DNA of 24,000 nt from an uncultured Bacilli bacterium (lineage in GTDB: Bacteria; Bacillota_I; Bacilli_A; ML615J-28; CAG-313), in the NCBI GenBank assembly GCA_934098295.1, contig CAKONV010000001.1, forward strand, positions 247,261 to 271,260. Direction: 5' to 3'. The position numbers and the translations under genes are program-made. Positions 15,999-23,869 of the stretch are shown piece after piece. The notes beneath the pieces were generated by a model that saw nothing but the letters and a program-made list of their open reading frames with translations, ran no database searches and was not told the DNA's origin. Position 1 is the first letter of the stretch. Each line of letters starts with the position of its first letter.

Positions 15999-16344
15999 CT
16001 TCTAATATCTTCCTTAATTTTTCAATTAAATTCTCATCAGCACTTAATATTTTTCTTGCGAATACTAATGTTACTTCCTTTTGACTTTCATTCATCTTCG
16101 ACAATTCCAAAGAAACCTTGTTATTAGTTTCTAATATTGCATTCAACAATTTTTCCTTTTCATCTGTTGAAAGATGATATATACTTGTAATCCTCTCAGC
16201 ATAATCAATAGGTATACTTTTACGTCCAACTTCCATTGCTGATAGAAAAGCTGGTGTAATCTCTAATTTTTTTGCCATATCCCGCAAGGAATCATTTTCC
16301 TTGTTTCTAATAATTCTTATATATTCTCCAAATTTACTAATCAT
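15985..16344 (-). CDS. XRE-family helix-turn-helix transcriptional regulator
   Basis: The 119-aa protein has an N-terminal HTH_XRE pattern (...IRIIRNKENDSLRDMAKKLEITPAFLSAMEVGRKSIP...). Confidence 0.85.
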   Translation of the reverse strand: MISKFGEYIRIIRNKENDSLRDMAKKLEITPAFLSAMEVGRKSIPIDYAERITSIYHLSTDEKEKLLNAILETNNKVSLELSKMNESQKEVTLVFARKILSADENLIEKLRKILEDDQD

Positions 16345-16359
16345 TATATCACCACTAAT

Positions 16360-16387
16360 ATTTTACACTATTATATTTTTTTGTCAA
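16360..16387 (-). promoter_or_regulatory. Candidate sigma-A promoter of the XRE-ImmA operon
   Basis: On the minus strand, TTGACA (16387..16382) is followed by a 16-nt spacer and TAAAAT (16365..16360). The -10 ends about 15 nt before the XRE ATG, so the leader would be very short. Confidence 0.45.
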
Positions 16388-16506
16388 CCATTTTGGTATA
16401 CATTTTTAAAAAAATTACAATTTAATTATAATTACTATTTTTTCAAGCTATTTTTGCCTACTAAATCACGTTTTTCGGAGTTTTTAGATGCTTAAAATCA
16501 CATTTA

Positions 16507-16617
16507 AAGGCGCATTCTTTTTTTGTTTCCCCGTTTACAACAAAAAATTAAATCATCTTTTATAATTACTGAAGCTACAACTTCATAATGTACTTTTTTC
16601 ATTAATGACTTCTCCAT
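16507..16617 (-). pseudogene. Possible N-terminal remnant of a NUDIX (MutT-like) hydrolase gene
   Basis: The minus-strand short ORF reads MEKSLMKKVHYEVVASVIIKDDLIFCCKRGNKKRMRL*. The MKK start at 16602 has GGAG 9 nt upstream. The segment (K)V..VVA.II.D..I...KRG resembles the beta-strand start of MutT-like proteins. No NUDIX box follows in any frame. Confidence 0.3.
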
Positions 16618-16664
16618 TATTTATAACTATTTTAAAATATTCTATTATACTATTATTTTTATTT

Positions 16665-16931
16665 TTATCTCAAATTTTCTCTTTCTATATCCAATTCTAG
16701 TATTTGTTTTATTTTTGATAAAATTCCTTTTAATTCTGATTCCGTTGCCACTGTAAGTAGTTTTAAGCTTTCCATAGAGTATTTTTTTTGCAATTTTAGT
16801 ATCGAATTTGTTAAGCAATAATCATATATTATATTTAAAGCTTTTTCTTTATTAAATGGTTGTGTGCCGTTTAAGATGGTTGTGATATCTTCAATATCCA
16901 TTTGAATTTTAATTAATTTTTCTCTGTTCAT
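16665..16931 (-). CDS. Hypothetical 88-aa protein, predicted all-helical
   Basis: The ORF has a strong RBS (GGGGGA, 9 nt upstream of the ATG) and starts 32 nt after the rmuC stop. I recognise no motif. Confidence 0.5.
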   Translation of the reverse strand: MNREKLIKIQMDIEDITTILNGTQPFNKEKALNIIYDYCLTNSILKLQKKYSMESLKLLTVATESELKGILSKIKQILELDIERENLR

Positions 16932-16962
16932 ATTCCATTGTCCCCCTTTAGTTTTTTAAAAA

Positions 16963-18252
16963 TTAATTTTCTTCATCTAATAAATTTTGGGCATCTTCAT
17001 TTGATAGATAGGTGATACCATTTAGTTTTCTATTTATTTGTCTTGTTCTTGTTCCAACCAAGTTTTCAATTTCATCGCTTGCTTCACCAAGCTTTTTTTG
17101 AGCTTTTGTAAGTGTCGTTTCAAATTTTGTAAATTCCGTTTTTACAGCTGATAAAATTGTCCAAACCTCACTTGATCTTTTTTCTATTGCTAATGTTCTA
17201 AAACCAATTTGTAAGCTTGATAGTAAAGCAGTTAATGTAGTTGGACCAGTAATAACAACTCGGTAGTTAACCTGTAATTCATCAATTAATCCTAATGAAA
17301 TTACTTCTGCATAAAGACTTTCGGTAGGTAAAAACATAATACCAAAATCGGTTGTATAAGGTGGTTCAATGTACTTATCTTTGATGTCTTTTGCAAATAC
17401 TTTTATTCTTCTTGCCAATTCTTGTTTAGCTTTATCAATTTTTTCTTTATCACCAGAATCTTTAGCCGCCACTAAATCTTCATAAATATTTAGAGGAAAT
17501 TTAGAATCAATCGGTAAATAAACACTATTGGAATCATTTCCAGGTAGTTTTATAGCGAATTCTACGGGATCAAGAGATTTTGGTTTAGTAATAATATTTT
17601 CTCTATATTGGTCTTTTGTTAATATTTCTTCTAAGATTTGAGATAGTTGCATTTCGCCCCAAATACCTCTTGTCTTAACATTACTAAGAACTTTTTTCAA
17701 ATCACCAACACCACTAGCTAAGGTTTTCATTTCACCTAATCGTTCTTCAACTTTAGAAAGATTTTCTTGTACCATTTTAAATGATTGATTTAATCTTGCG
17801 TTTAAAGTTGTATCAAGTTTTTCATCGACTGTTTTTCGCATTTCTTCTAATTTCTTACTATTTTCATCTTGTAATCTTGTTAATGATATATTTAATGTAT
17901 CAATGATTTTACCTAGCGATGAATCAATTTTTGTAGTATTGTCTTCAACTTTAGCAGTTATACTCTCTAAATTATTCCTTAGTAGTGATGTTTGACTATC
18001 AAAACTTGCAGAAGTGCTTTTGGTGAATGTATCGATATAAGTATTAACATTATCAGTAATATTCTTTTGAATATTGGATAATTTATTTTCTAATTCTTGT
18101 TTTAAAATACTTATTTCTAGTTTTAGTTTAACAGTGTTTTCTAAATTATTTGTATTCTTTTTAGTTATTATTGTTTTAAGTAAAATTATTAACATTGCCA
18201 ATATAATAACTAATAAAATAATTATTGTGATTTCTAATATTGTATTTAACAT
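16963..18252 (-). CDS. rmuC: DNA recombination protein RmuC
   Basis: The 429-aa protein has an N-terminal TM helix and a long coiled coil. Its C-terminal RmuC nuclease-like region reads ...GIMFLPTESLYAE...VVITGPTTLTALL... Confidence 0.85.
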   Translation of the reverse strand: MLNTILEITIIILLVIILAMLIILLKTIITKKNTNNLENTVKLKLEISILKQELENKLSNIQKNITDNVNTYIDTFTKSTSASFDSQTSLLRNNLESITAKVEDNTTKIDSSLGKIIDTLNISLTRLQDENSKKLEEMRKTVDEKLDTTLNARLNQSFKMVQENLSKVEERLGEMKTLASGVGDLKKVLSNVKTRGIWGEMQLSQILEEILTKDQYRENIITKPKSLDPVEFAIKLPGNDSNSVYLPIDSKFPLNIYEDLVAAKDSGDKEKIDKAKQELARRIKVFAKDIKDKYIEPPYTTDFGIMFLPTESLYAEVISLGLIDELQVNYRVVITGPTTLTALLSSLQIGFRTLAIEKRSSEVWTILSAVKTEFTKFETTLTKAQKKLGEASDEIENLVGTRTRQINRKLNGITYLSNEDAQNLLDEEN

Positions 18253-18282
18253 AAGTTTAAATCCTTTCTATTTTTTTAAAAA

Positions 18283-18310
18283 GAGACTTTCTTATTTCCA
18301 AGAAAGCCTC
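18283..18310 (-). terminator. Intrinsic terminator-like hairpin lying between a promoter and the rmuC start codon
   Basis: The minus-strand RNA GAGGCUUUCUU-ggaaau-AAGAAAGUCUC forms 11 bp (one G-U) followed by UUUUU. It is weaker on the plus strand, where there is an A-C mismatch. Confidence 0.55.
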
Positions 18311-18370
18311 TTTTAATTTCATTTAATTAAATAGTATCATCCCCAGAAATAAATTACTATTAACTCTTAC

Positions 18371-18399
18371 ATTATACCATTTTTTGACACCCTATGCAA
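18371..18399 (-). promoter_or_regulatory. Strong sigma-A promoter with an extended -10, facing rmuC
   Basis: On the minus strand, TTGCAT (18399..18394) is followed by a 17-nt spacer and TGgTATAAT (18379..18371). Confidence 0.55.
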
Positions 18400-18554
18400 G
18401 TAATTTTATTCTTTTTGTTATTAGTTTTTTTATTTTTTGATAAATTATTTATAGTTTTTATATGCATTATTTCATCTCTAAATAGATTTGTTTATTAAAC
18501 ATACATTTATATATTTTAATTGTTATAATAATAAAAATATTAAGGAGGAAATTT

Positions 18555-19160
18555 ATGATTTATGGTTATGTAAGAGTATCTAGTGTTACTCAAAATATTG
18601 ATCGACAAATGGAAGAGATGAAAAAAATAGGGCTTGAAAAAAAACAAATTTATATTGATATTCAAAGTGGAAAGGATTTTAATCGTGAAAAATATCAAAG
18701 ATTAAAGAAAAAGCTAAAAAAAGATGATTTATTATATATTAAATCTATTGATCGACTTGGTAGAAATTATGATATGATTATTGAAGAGTGGAGTAACATT
18801 ACTAAAATTATTGGAGCTGATATTTGTGTCATTGACTTTCCTCTGCTAGATACACGTTCTAAAAGTCAAAATTTAATAGGTAGGTTTATTAGTGATATTG
18901 TTTTGCAAGTTTTAAGTTTTGTAGCTCAAAATGAAAGAGAGAATATAAAAAAAAGGCAAGCTGAAGGAATTAGAATCGCCAAAGAAAAAGGCGTCCGCAT
19001 GGGACGCCCTAAATGTAAACTTCCAAACAATTTTAAAGATATTGCTGTGTCTTATTACGAACATAAGATTACTAATAAGGAAGCTTCCAAAATGTTAAAA
19101 ATTAATCGTGGTACTTTTTTAAAATATGCTAAAGAATATGAACCAAAAAACATATCTTAG
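18555..19160 (+). CDS. Small serine recombinase (resolvase/invertase family) with a C-terminal HTH
   Basis: The 201-aa protein has the N-terminus MIYGYVRVSSVTQNIDRQ (catalytic Ser motif), ...SIDRLGRN..., and a C-terminal HTH (ITNKEASKMLKINRGTFLKY). A GGAGG RBS and an extended -10 (TGtTATAAT, 18521..18529) lie upstream. Confidence 0.9.
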   Translation: MIYGYVRVSSVTQNIDRQMEEMKKIGLEKKQIYIDIQSGKDFNREKYQRLKKKLKKDDLLYIKSIDRLGRNYDMIIEEWSNITKIIGADICVIDFPLLDTRSKSQNLIGRFISDIVLQVLSFVAQNERENIKKRQAEGIRIAKEKGVRMGRPKCKLPNNFKDIAVSYYEHKITNKEASKMLKINRGTFLKYAKEYEPKNIS

Positions 19161-19169
19161 AAAGATTTA

Positions 19170-19634
19170 TTACGCTTCTTTTAAGTGATGATATTTTGAT
19201 TTACCAAGTCCTAATATTAAACCAAAAATATAAGGAAAGATAAGTAATCCTATCGCAAAAATTATTCCATGACCAAAACATTTGGACAATCTATAAGTAT
19301 ATCTTAATAAATATAATATAATCATAATGTCTATTATTGTAAGTACAATCGCAAGGATTACATTACTCTTAAAATATAACAACAATATATCTAAAACGAA
19401 TGCCGCTATCGAAAGAACAATTAAATTCCAAAATGATTTTTCAAAGCAAGCTATTTGAAAAGACACATAAATATTATAAATAGGAATTAGTGCTTTCCAG
19501 CCAGCTACACCAGCTTTTTCAAAAATATTCCAAACAGCAACAATTAATAGAACTAAAAAAATAAACGAAAATATTGATGAGAACCAATTCATATTTGTTC
19601 CCATTTCCATTAACTTTTTAAATACATTTATCAT
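19170..19634 (-). CDS. DUF5684-like small membrane protein
   Basis: The 154-aa protein contains the motif W.IFEKAGVAGWKALIPIYN.Y, which I recall from DUF5684 proteins. It has 4 predicted TM segments. The start codon is uncertain because there are several in-frame Met codons. Confidence 0.55.
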   Translation of the reverse strand: MINVFKKLMEMGTNMNWFSSIFSFIFLVLLIVAVWNIFEKAGVAGWKALIPIYNIYVSFQIACFEKSFWNLIVLSIAAFVLDILLLYFKSNVILAIVLTIIDIMIILYLLRYTYRLSKCFGHGIIFAIGLLIFPYIFGLILGLGKSKYHHLKEA

Positions 19635-19655
19635 TTTCTTACTTTTCTCCGTATC

Positions 19656-20129
19656 TTATTCTTGTGGACAACTGTAATATGCGTTACCTTTACCTAGAAT
19701 TAGTATAAAGATAGGGTTTAATAATACTAATCCTACCGTAAAAGCTCCAGAATAACTAAATGCTCTTGATAATTTATAATTTCCAATTATAGCATAAACT
19801 AATAATGCAACTCCTACTAACAAATAAATATATTTTACATTTGGAATGTATACGGAAACAGTATTTAAAGCATCTAAAATTACAAGCAATATTGTTACAA
19901 TTATCGCATGTTTTGATGACCATGCAAGTTTATATAAAATGTACACATTATAAAATGGTATTAGTGATTTCCAACCAGCTTCGTCAGCTTTTTCAAAAAT
20001 ACACCATAATCCCACCGTTGTAGCAATTATTAACACAACTCTTATAATAAAAATTAAGAAATCACTCATTGTTTGTGTTTTAATAAGTTCAAGTAAATCT
20101 GGTATTAAACTAAAAATATCTTGTATCAT
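19656..20129 (-). CDS. DUF5684-like small membrane protein (tandem paralog)
   Basis: The 157-aa protein has the same motif (W.IFEKADEAGWKSLIPFYN.Y). A GAGGGA RBS and an extended -10 (TGaTATAAT) lie upstream in 20130..20209. Confidence 0.55.
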   Translation of the reverse strand: MIQDIFSLIPDLLELIKTQTMSDFLIFIIRVVLIIATTVGLWCIFEKADEAGWKSLIPFYNVYILYKLAWSSKHAIIVTILLVILDALNTVSVYIPNVKYIYLLVGVALLVYAIIGNYKLSRAFSYSGAFTVGLVLLNPIFILILGKGNAYYSCPQE

Positions 20130-20209
20130 TTTTATCCCTCTTTTCTTCTATCCTTGCGATAAAATTATATCATAAAAATATTTTAAAAATATAATTTTGA
20201 CTTTAATTT

Positions 20210-21700
20210 TTATTTTCTTATTTCCTTAATAGCTAATGGAATACATTTTATGGTATCACTAGCAATTAGAGAAATGTCGCCAACTTCTTTTTCTGCTAAC
20301 ATACCAGCTAATCCGTTTAAATAAGCTCCTGAGGCAACTGTTAGTAACAAATCACTATCACTTGAAGCACAAAGGGCTGCCAATATTCCTGATAAAACAT
20401 CACCGCTACCAGCAGTAGCCATTCCCGCACAACCTTTGTCTACTAAATATACTTCTAATCCATTTGTAACAATAGTTGTTGGGCCTTTTAAAAGAACAAT
20501 TATTCGATATTTATCAGCAAATTCTTTAGCTAAAGAAATACTATTATAATTTATTTCATCTATATCCCTACTGGTTAATCTAGAAAATTCTTTTAAATGA
20601 GGTGTAATTATGACTTTTGCCTTTGTTTTAGTTAAGATTTCTTTATCCATTTTCGCAAGGGCATTTAAACCATCGGCATCAATAATTAAAACACCAGTAT
20701 AATTTAAAATAAGAAATTCTAAAGTTTTAATAACATCAATACTTGTTCCAAGTCCCATACCAAAGCTAATTGCTTTGGTATTTTTCATAACCGTATTTAT
20801 ATCATCTATATCATATTTTATATGTCCATCTATTTCTTTTAAACTAGTAACGGTACTTTCTAAAATATTTGGCATAATGTAAGGTACTAGACTTTTTATA
20901 CAACATACCCTTACTACTCCAGCACCACTTCTTGAAGCACTACTAGCCATATTAGCTAATTTCAATGCACCAGCATAATTATCTGATCCACCCATTAAAC
21001 TTATATAGCCATAAGTACCTTTGTTACTAAAGTTTAATCTTTTCTTAAAAATATCTTTAATATCATCTTTTTCAATTAAATAATAAGGTTTTGAAACTAG
21101 TTTGATGCCGATATCAACGTTTATTTTGTTTTTTATATAATCTTTAGCTTTAGCTAAAAAATGACCTGCCTTAAAGTAACCAATTGATATTGTCAAACTA
21201 GATTTAATGATGACATCACCCATACCATTATCCGCGAATAGACCACTATTAATATCTACTGATATTACTTCTTTTTTTAGTTCATTCACTTTTAAAATTA
21301 AGTCTTTTAAATTTCCAGTAACTTCTTTATTAAAACCTGTTCCTAAAAGGCAATCTACGAACATGTCATATTTATTTAGATTAAAACTTTGATTATAGTA
21401 ATCATACTTAATATTTCGTTTAACACATTCCTTGAAATAGTAAGCACCATCGTTAGAATATTTATCTTCTAAAAGTAGTAAACTTACATCATAGCCATCA
21501 TCATGCAATAATCTAGCTATTACATAACCATCACCAGCATTAGAACCTGTCCCACAAAGAATTAAAATTTTATCGTGCCAGTGCACTTCTTCGTAAACTC
21601 TTCTACCAGCTCTTTCCATTAATTCAATACTTTTTGTGATATTGTTTGATGTATAACGATCACTTTCTTGCATAAGATGTTTTGAAACAACTTCTATCAT
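20210..21700 (-). CDS. nnr: Bifunctional NAD(P)H-hydrate repair enzyme Nnr (epimerase plus ADP-dependent dehydratase)
   Basis: The 496-aa protein has an N-terminal YjeF_N motif (ILCGTGSNAGDGYV) and a C-terminal carbohydrate-kinase motif (GMATAGSGDVLSGI). Confidence 0.88.
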   Translation of the reverse strand: MIEVVSKHLMQESDRYTSNNITKSIELMERAGRRVYEEVHWHDKILILCGTGSNAGDGYVIARLLHDDGYDVSLLLLEDKYSNDGAYYFKECVKRNIKYDYYNQSFNLNKYDMFVDCLLGTGFNKEVTGNLKDLILKVNELKKEVISVDINSGLFADNGMGDVIIKSSLTISIGYFKAGHFLAKAKDYIKNKINVDIGIKLVSKPYYLIEKDDIKDIFKKRLNFSNKGTYGYISLMGGSDNYAGALKLANMASSASRSGAGVVRVCCIKSLVPYIMPNILESTVTSLKEIDGHIKYDIDDINTVMKNTKAISFGMGLGTSIDVIKTLEFLILNYTGVLIIDADGLNALAKMDKEILTKTKAKVIITPHLKEFSRLTSRDIDEINYNSISLAKEFADKYRIIVLLKGPTTIVTNGLEVYLVDKGCAGMATAGSGDVLSGILAALCASSDSDLLLTVASGAYLNGLAGMLAEKEVGDISLIASDTIKCIPLAIKEIRK

Positions 21701-22158
21701 TTTATTTCACCATCCTTTTCTTGTTTTAAATAGGCATTTTTTACCGATATAGTCACATGAGTTATTAAAAATATTATCGAAAATAAAATTAATAATATAC
21801 TTCTTAAAACAATCCCACTAACCAAAAAAATAAGCGATGGCACAATCGATAAGAGATAACTTCTAAAAATTATATGCTTAGAAAAACAAAATATAAAACC
21901 TAAAGTATAAATTATCAGTAAAATGCTATTTATCGATAGGTATATTAAAAAGCCATTTTCTATAAATCCGAAATAAGTATAAGGAATATTAATAACCATT
22001 GTGAAAAAACAAAAATATCTACTTATATTTTCTAATACCAAAATGGTTTTGTTTTGATATAAATTAACAAACCCATCTTTGCATTTTATACTAAAAATTA
22101 TATTTGGAATCATTATTAGAACCATAATTATTAATCCATAATAGTTAAACCAACCCAT
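21697..22158 (-). CDS. Hypothetical integral membrane protein
   Basis: The 153-aa protein has about 4-5 TM segments. Its stop overlaps the nnr start in an ATGA overlap (21697..21700). I recognise no family. Confidence 0.5.
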   Translation of the reverse strand: MGWFNYYGLIIMVLIMIPNIIFSIKCKDGFVNLYQNKTILVLENISRYFCFFTMVINIPYTYFGFIENGFLIYLSINSILLIIYTLGFIFCFSKHIIFRSYLLSIVPSLIFLVSGIVLRSILLILFSIIFLITHVTISVKNAYLKQEKDGEIK

Positions 22159-22224
22159 TTTATCTTCTCCATTATTTTATATTATTTATTATATTATACA
22201 CTTTTTTTACGTTTTTTTAAAAAA

Positions 22225-22254
22225 AGAGATATACTTTTTAATAAGCATACCTCT
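22225..22254 (-). terminator. Intrinsic terminator of the second MATE gene
   Basis: The minus-strand RNA AGAGGUAUGCUU-auuaaa-AAGUAUAUCUCU forms 12 bp (2 G-U) followed by U7. The stem overlaps the stop codon. Confidence 0.5.
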
Positions 22255-23719
22255 AATCAATTTGAATTTCTTCATTTTTAGGTTTGTAAATATATTTTAC
22301 CGTACCAAATAACATAATAATAACCGCAAACGCCCAAGCTAGTGGATCCGCAAATGCTAAACCAAAAACAGATGCTTTTGATGCATTAACATCAATAGGT
22401 CCACCATTAATTAAACTTGGTAAGACTAAGCAAACAACAACACGAGCAACAAGTTCACCAATACCTGCTAAAAATGGATAGATAGTTTTTCCGATTCCTT
22501 GTAAACTATTTCTTAGAACAAACAAAGCACCAAGAATGAAATATAATGATAAATCACAATATAGATACCTATTACCATAAAAAATAGTTAGATCATTAAT
22601 TTTATCTATTGAATAAAAAATATGCATATAAAAGCCGTTAATAGTTAATAAAAGACCAATGCCTCCAAAAACAACATATTCAATTAAAGCAATAATTAGA
22701 GCTTGAGTTACCCCTTGTTTTATTCTTTTACCATTTCCAGCTCCATTATTTTGAGCACAAAAAGACAACATGGCTGTGCCTAAGGCACTAAATGGACACA
22801 TCAAAAAGTTATTAAGTTTATTAGCTGCTCCAAAGCCATTTTGAGCACAACTTGAGATTACAACACCCGTAGATGATGTATCAAATTTAACAATTAAAGC
22901 TTGCATTACAATTAAACCAATAGCTAAAACTGAGAATTGAAAAGCAAGTGGTAATCCTAAAGAAAGGTGTTTACCCATGAAAGGAAAATCAGGTTTGAAA
23001 TATTTTAAACTTAAACGATAATTTGGATATCTAATAAAAGTATAAACAAAACAACCAATAGCTGATAAACCTTGAGCAAGAACGGTTGCAAACGCTGCTC
23101 CAAATACTCCTAATTTAAAACTAGCTATAAATAAAATATCTAAACCAATATTTAATGCTGTTGACATTATTAAGAAAATTAAAGGTGTTAAGGAATCACC
23201 GACACTTCTCAAAAATGAACATATCAGATTATAAAAGATTTGGGCAATGGTACCTATGAAAATGATTAATACATAAGTATACGCCGATTTATAAATTTCA
23301 TTTTGTATAGGATTAGACGATGCGCTTAAACCAATTAATTTTAGTAAAGGATTGATACAAAGACATGCAATTATTGTTAAAATAATGCTTATATATAGGG
23401 ATAATTTAATTTGCATAGCAAGAGATCTTTTTACCCCCTCTAAATCTTTTTGGCCAAGTTTACTAGAAGTTACCACCGAAAAACCAGCTGTACAACCAAA
23501 AGCAAATTGTAAAACAATAAATGTAATATTTCCTGTATTATTTACACCTGCTACTTGATTTACGTTTAAATATTTTCCACAAATAGCTGCATCTGAAATT
23601 GTATATACTTGTTGGAAAAGATAACTAAGTAAGATAGGTAGGGAAAAATATAAAATTACTTTCCATATGCAACCATTTGTCAAATCAATTGGTGCAAATA
23701 ATTTTTTAATTTTATTCAT
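22253..23719 (-). CDS. MATE-family efflux transporter
   Basis: The 488-aa protein has 12 TM segments. The N-terminal pattern ...FS.PI.LS.LFQQ.Y...D....G..L...Q.A.V... is typical of MATE proteins. A GGAGG RBS lies upstream. Confidence 0.85.
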   Translation of the reverse strand: MNKIKKLFAPIDLTNGCIWKVILYFSLPILLSYLFQQVYTISDAAICGKYLNVNQVAGVNNTGNITFIVLQFAFGCTAGFSVVTSSKLGQKDLEGVKRSLAMQIKLSLYISIILTIIACLCINPLLKLIGLSASSNPIQNEIYKSAYTYVLIIFIGTIAQIFYNLICSFLRSVGDSLTPLIFLIMSTALNIGLDILFIASFKLGVFGAAFATVLAQGLSAIGCFVYTFIRYPNYRLSLKYFKPDFPFMGKHLSLGLPLAFQFSVLAIGLIVMQALIVKFDTSSTGVVISSCAQNGFGAANKLNNFLMCPFSALGTAMLSFCAQNNGAGNGKRIKQGVTQALIIALIEYVVFGGIGLLLTINGFYMHIFYSIDKINDLTIFYGNRYLYCDLSLYFILGALFVLRNSLQGIGKTIYPFLAGIGELVARVVVCLVLPSLINGGPIDVNASKASVFGLAFADPLAWAFAVIIMLFGTVKYIYKPKNEEIQID

Positions 23720-23828
23720 AATTACCTCCTATTTTTTTCTATTTTACCGCTTATTTTAACACATTTTCATTATTTAGTAAAGTAAAAAAATTGTGAATAC
23801 GGTTACTAAAGTATCATAAATAAAAAAG

Positions 23829-23856
23829 GTCTAAAAGGTCTTTTAACCCTTTAGAC
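23829..23856. terminator. Hairpin terminator after the GltD-like gene
   Basis: GTCTAAAaGGT-ctttta-ACCcTTTAGAC forms the stem. On the minus strand it is followed by a T-run (CCTTTTTT). Confidence 0.5.
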
Positions 23857-23869
23857 AAACTTTTTTATC

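Noticed and set aside
16423-16434. A perfect 12-bp palindrome, TAATTATAATTA, upstream of the XRE promoter, considered as a candidate XRE operator.
   Set aside because: Pure A/T palindromes of this length are common in this composition. It occurs only once and has no related half-site near cas9 or the tracrRNA, so I cannot support it as an operator.
7767-16458. A shared 7-mer, CAAGCTA, near both putative island edges (7767..7773 and 16446..16452), considered as a possible direct-repeat or att-like target duplication.
   Set aside because: Seven nucleotides in AT-rich DNA is well within chance, and the flanking bases do not extend the match.
1736-23558. Other short track ORFs: 1736..1927, 3161..3379, 4275..4625, 9504..9755, 15927..16127, 16301..16495, 18074..18316, 19805..20023, 21207..21392 and 23352..23558.
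   Set aside because: Each is antisense to, or overlaps, a longer ORF with clear family motifs, or runs into intergenic promoter DNA. None has a convincing RBS or recognisable domain.
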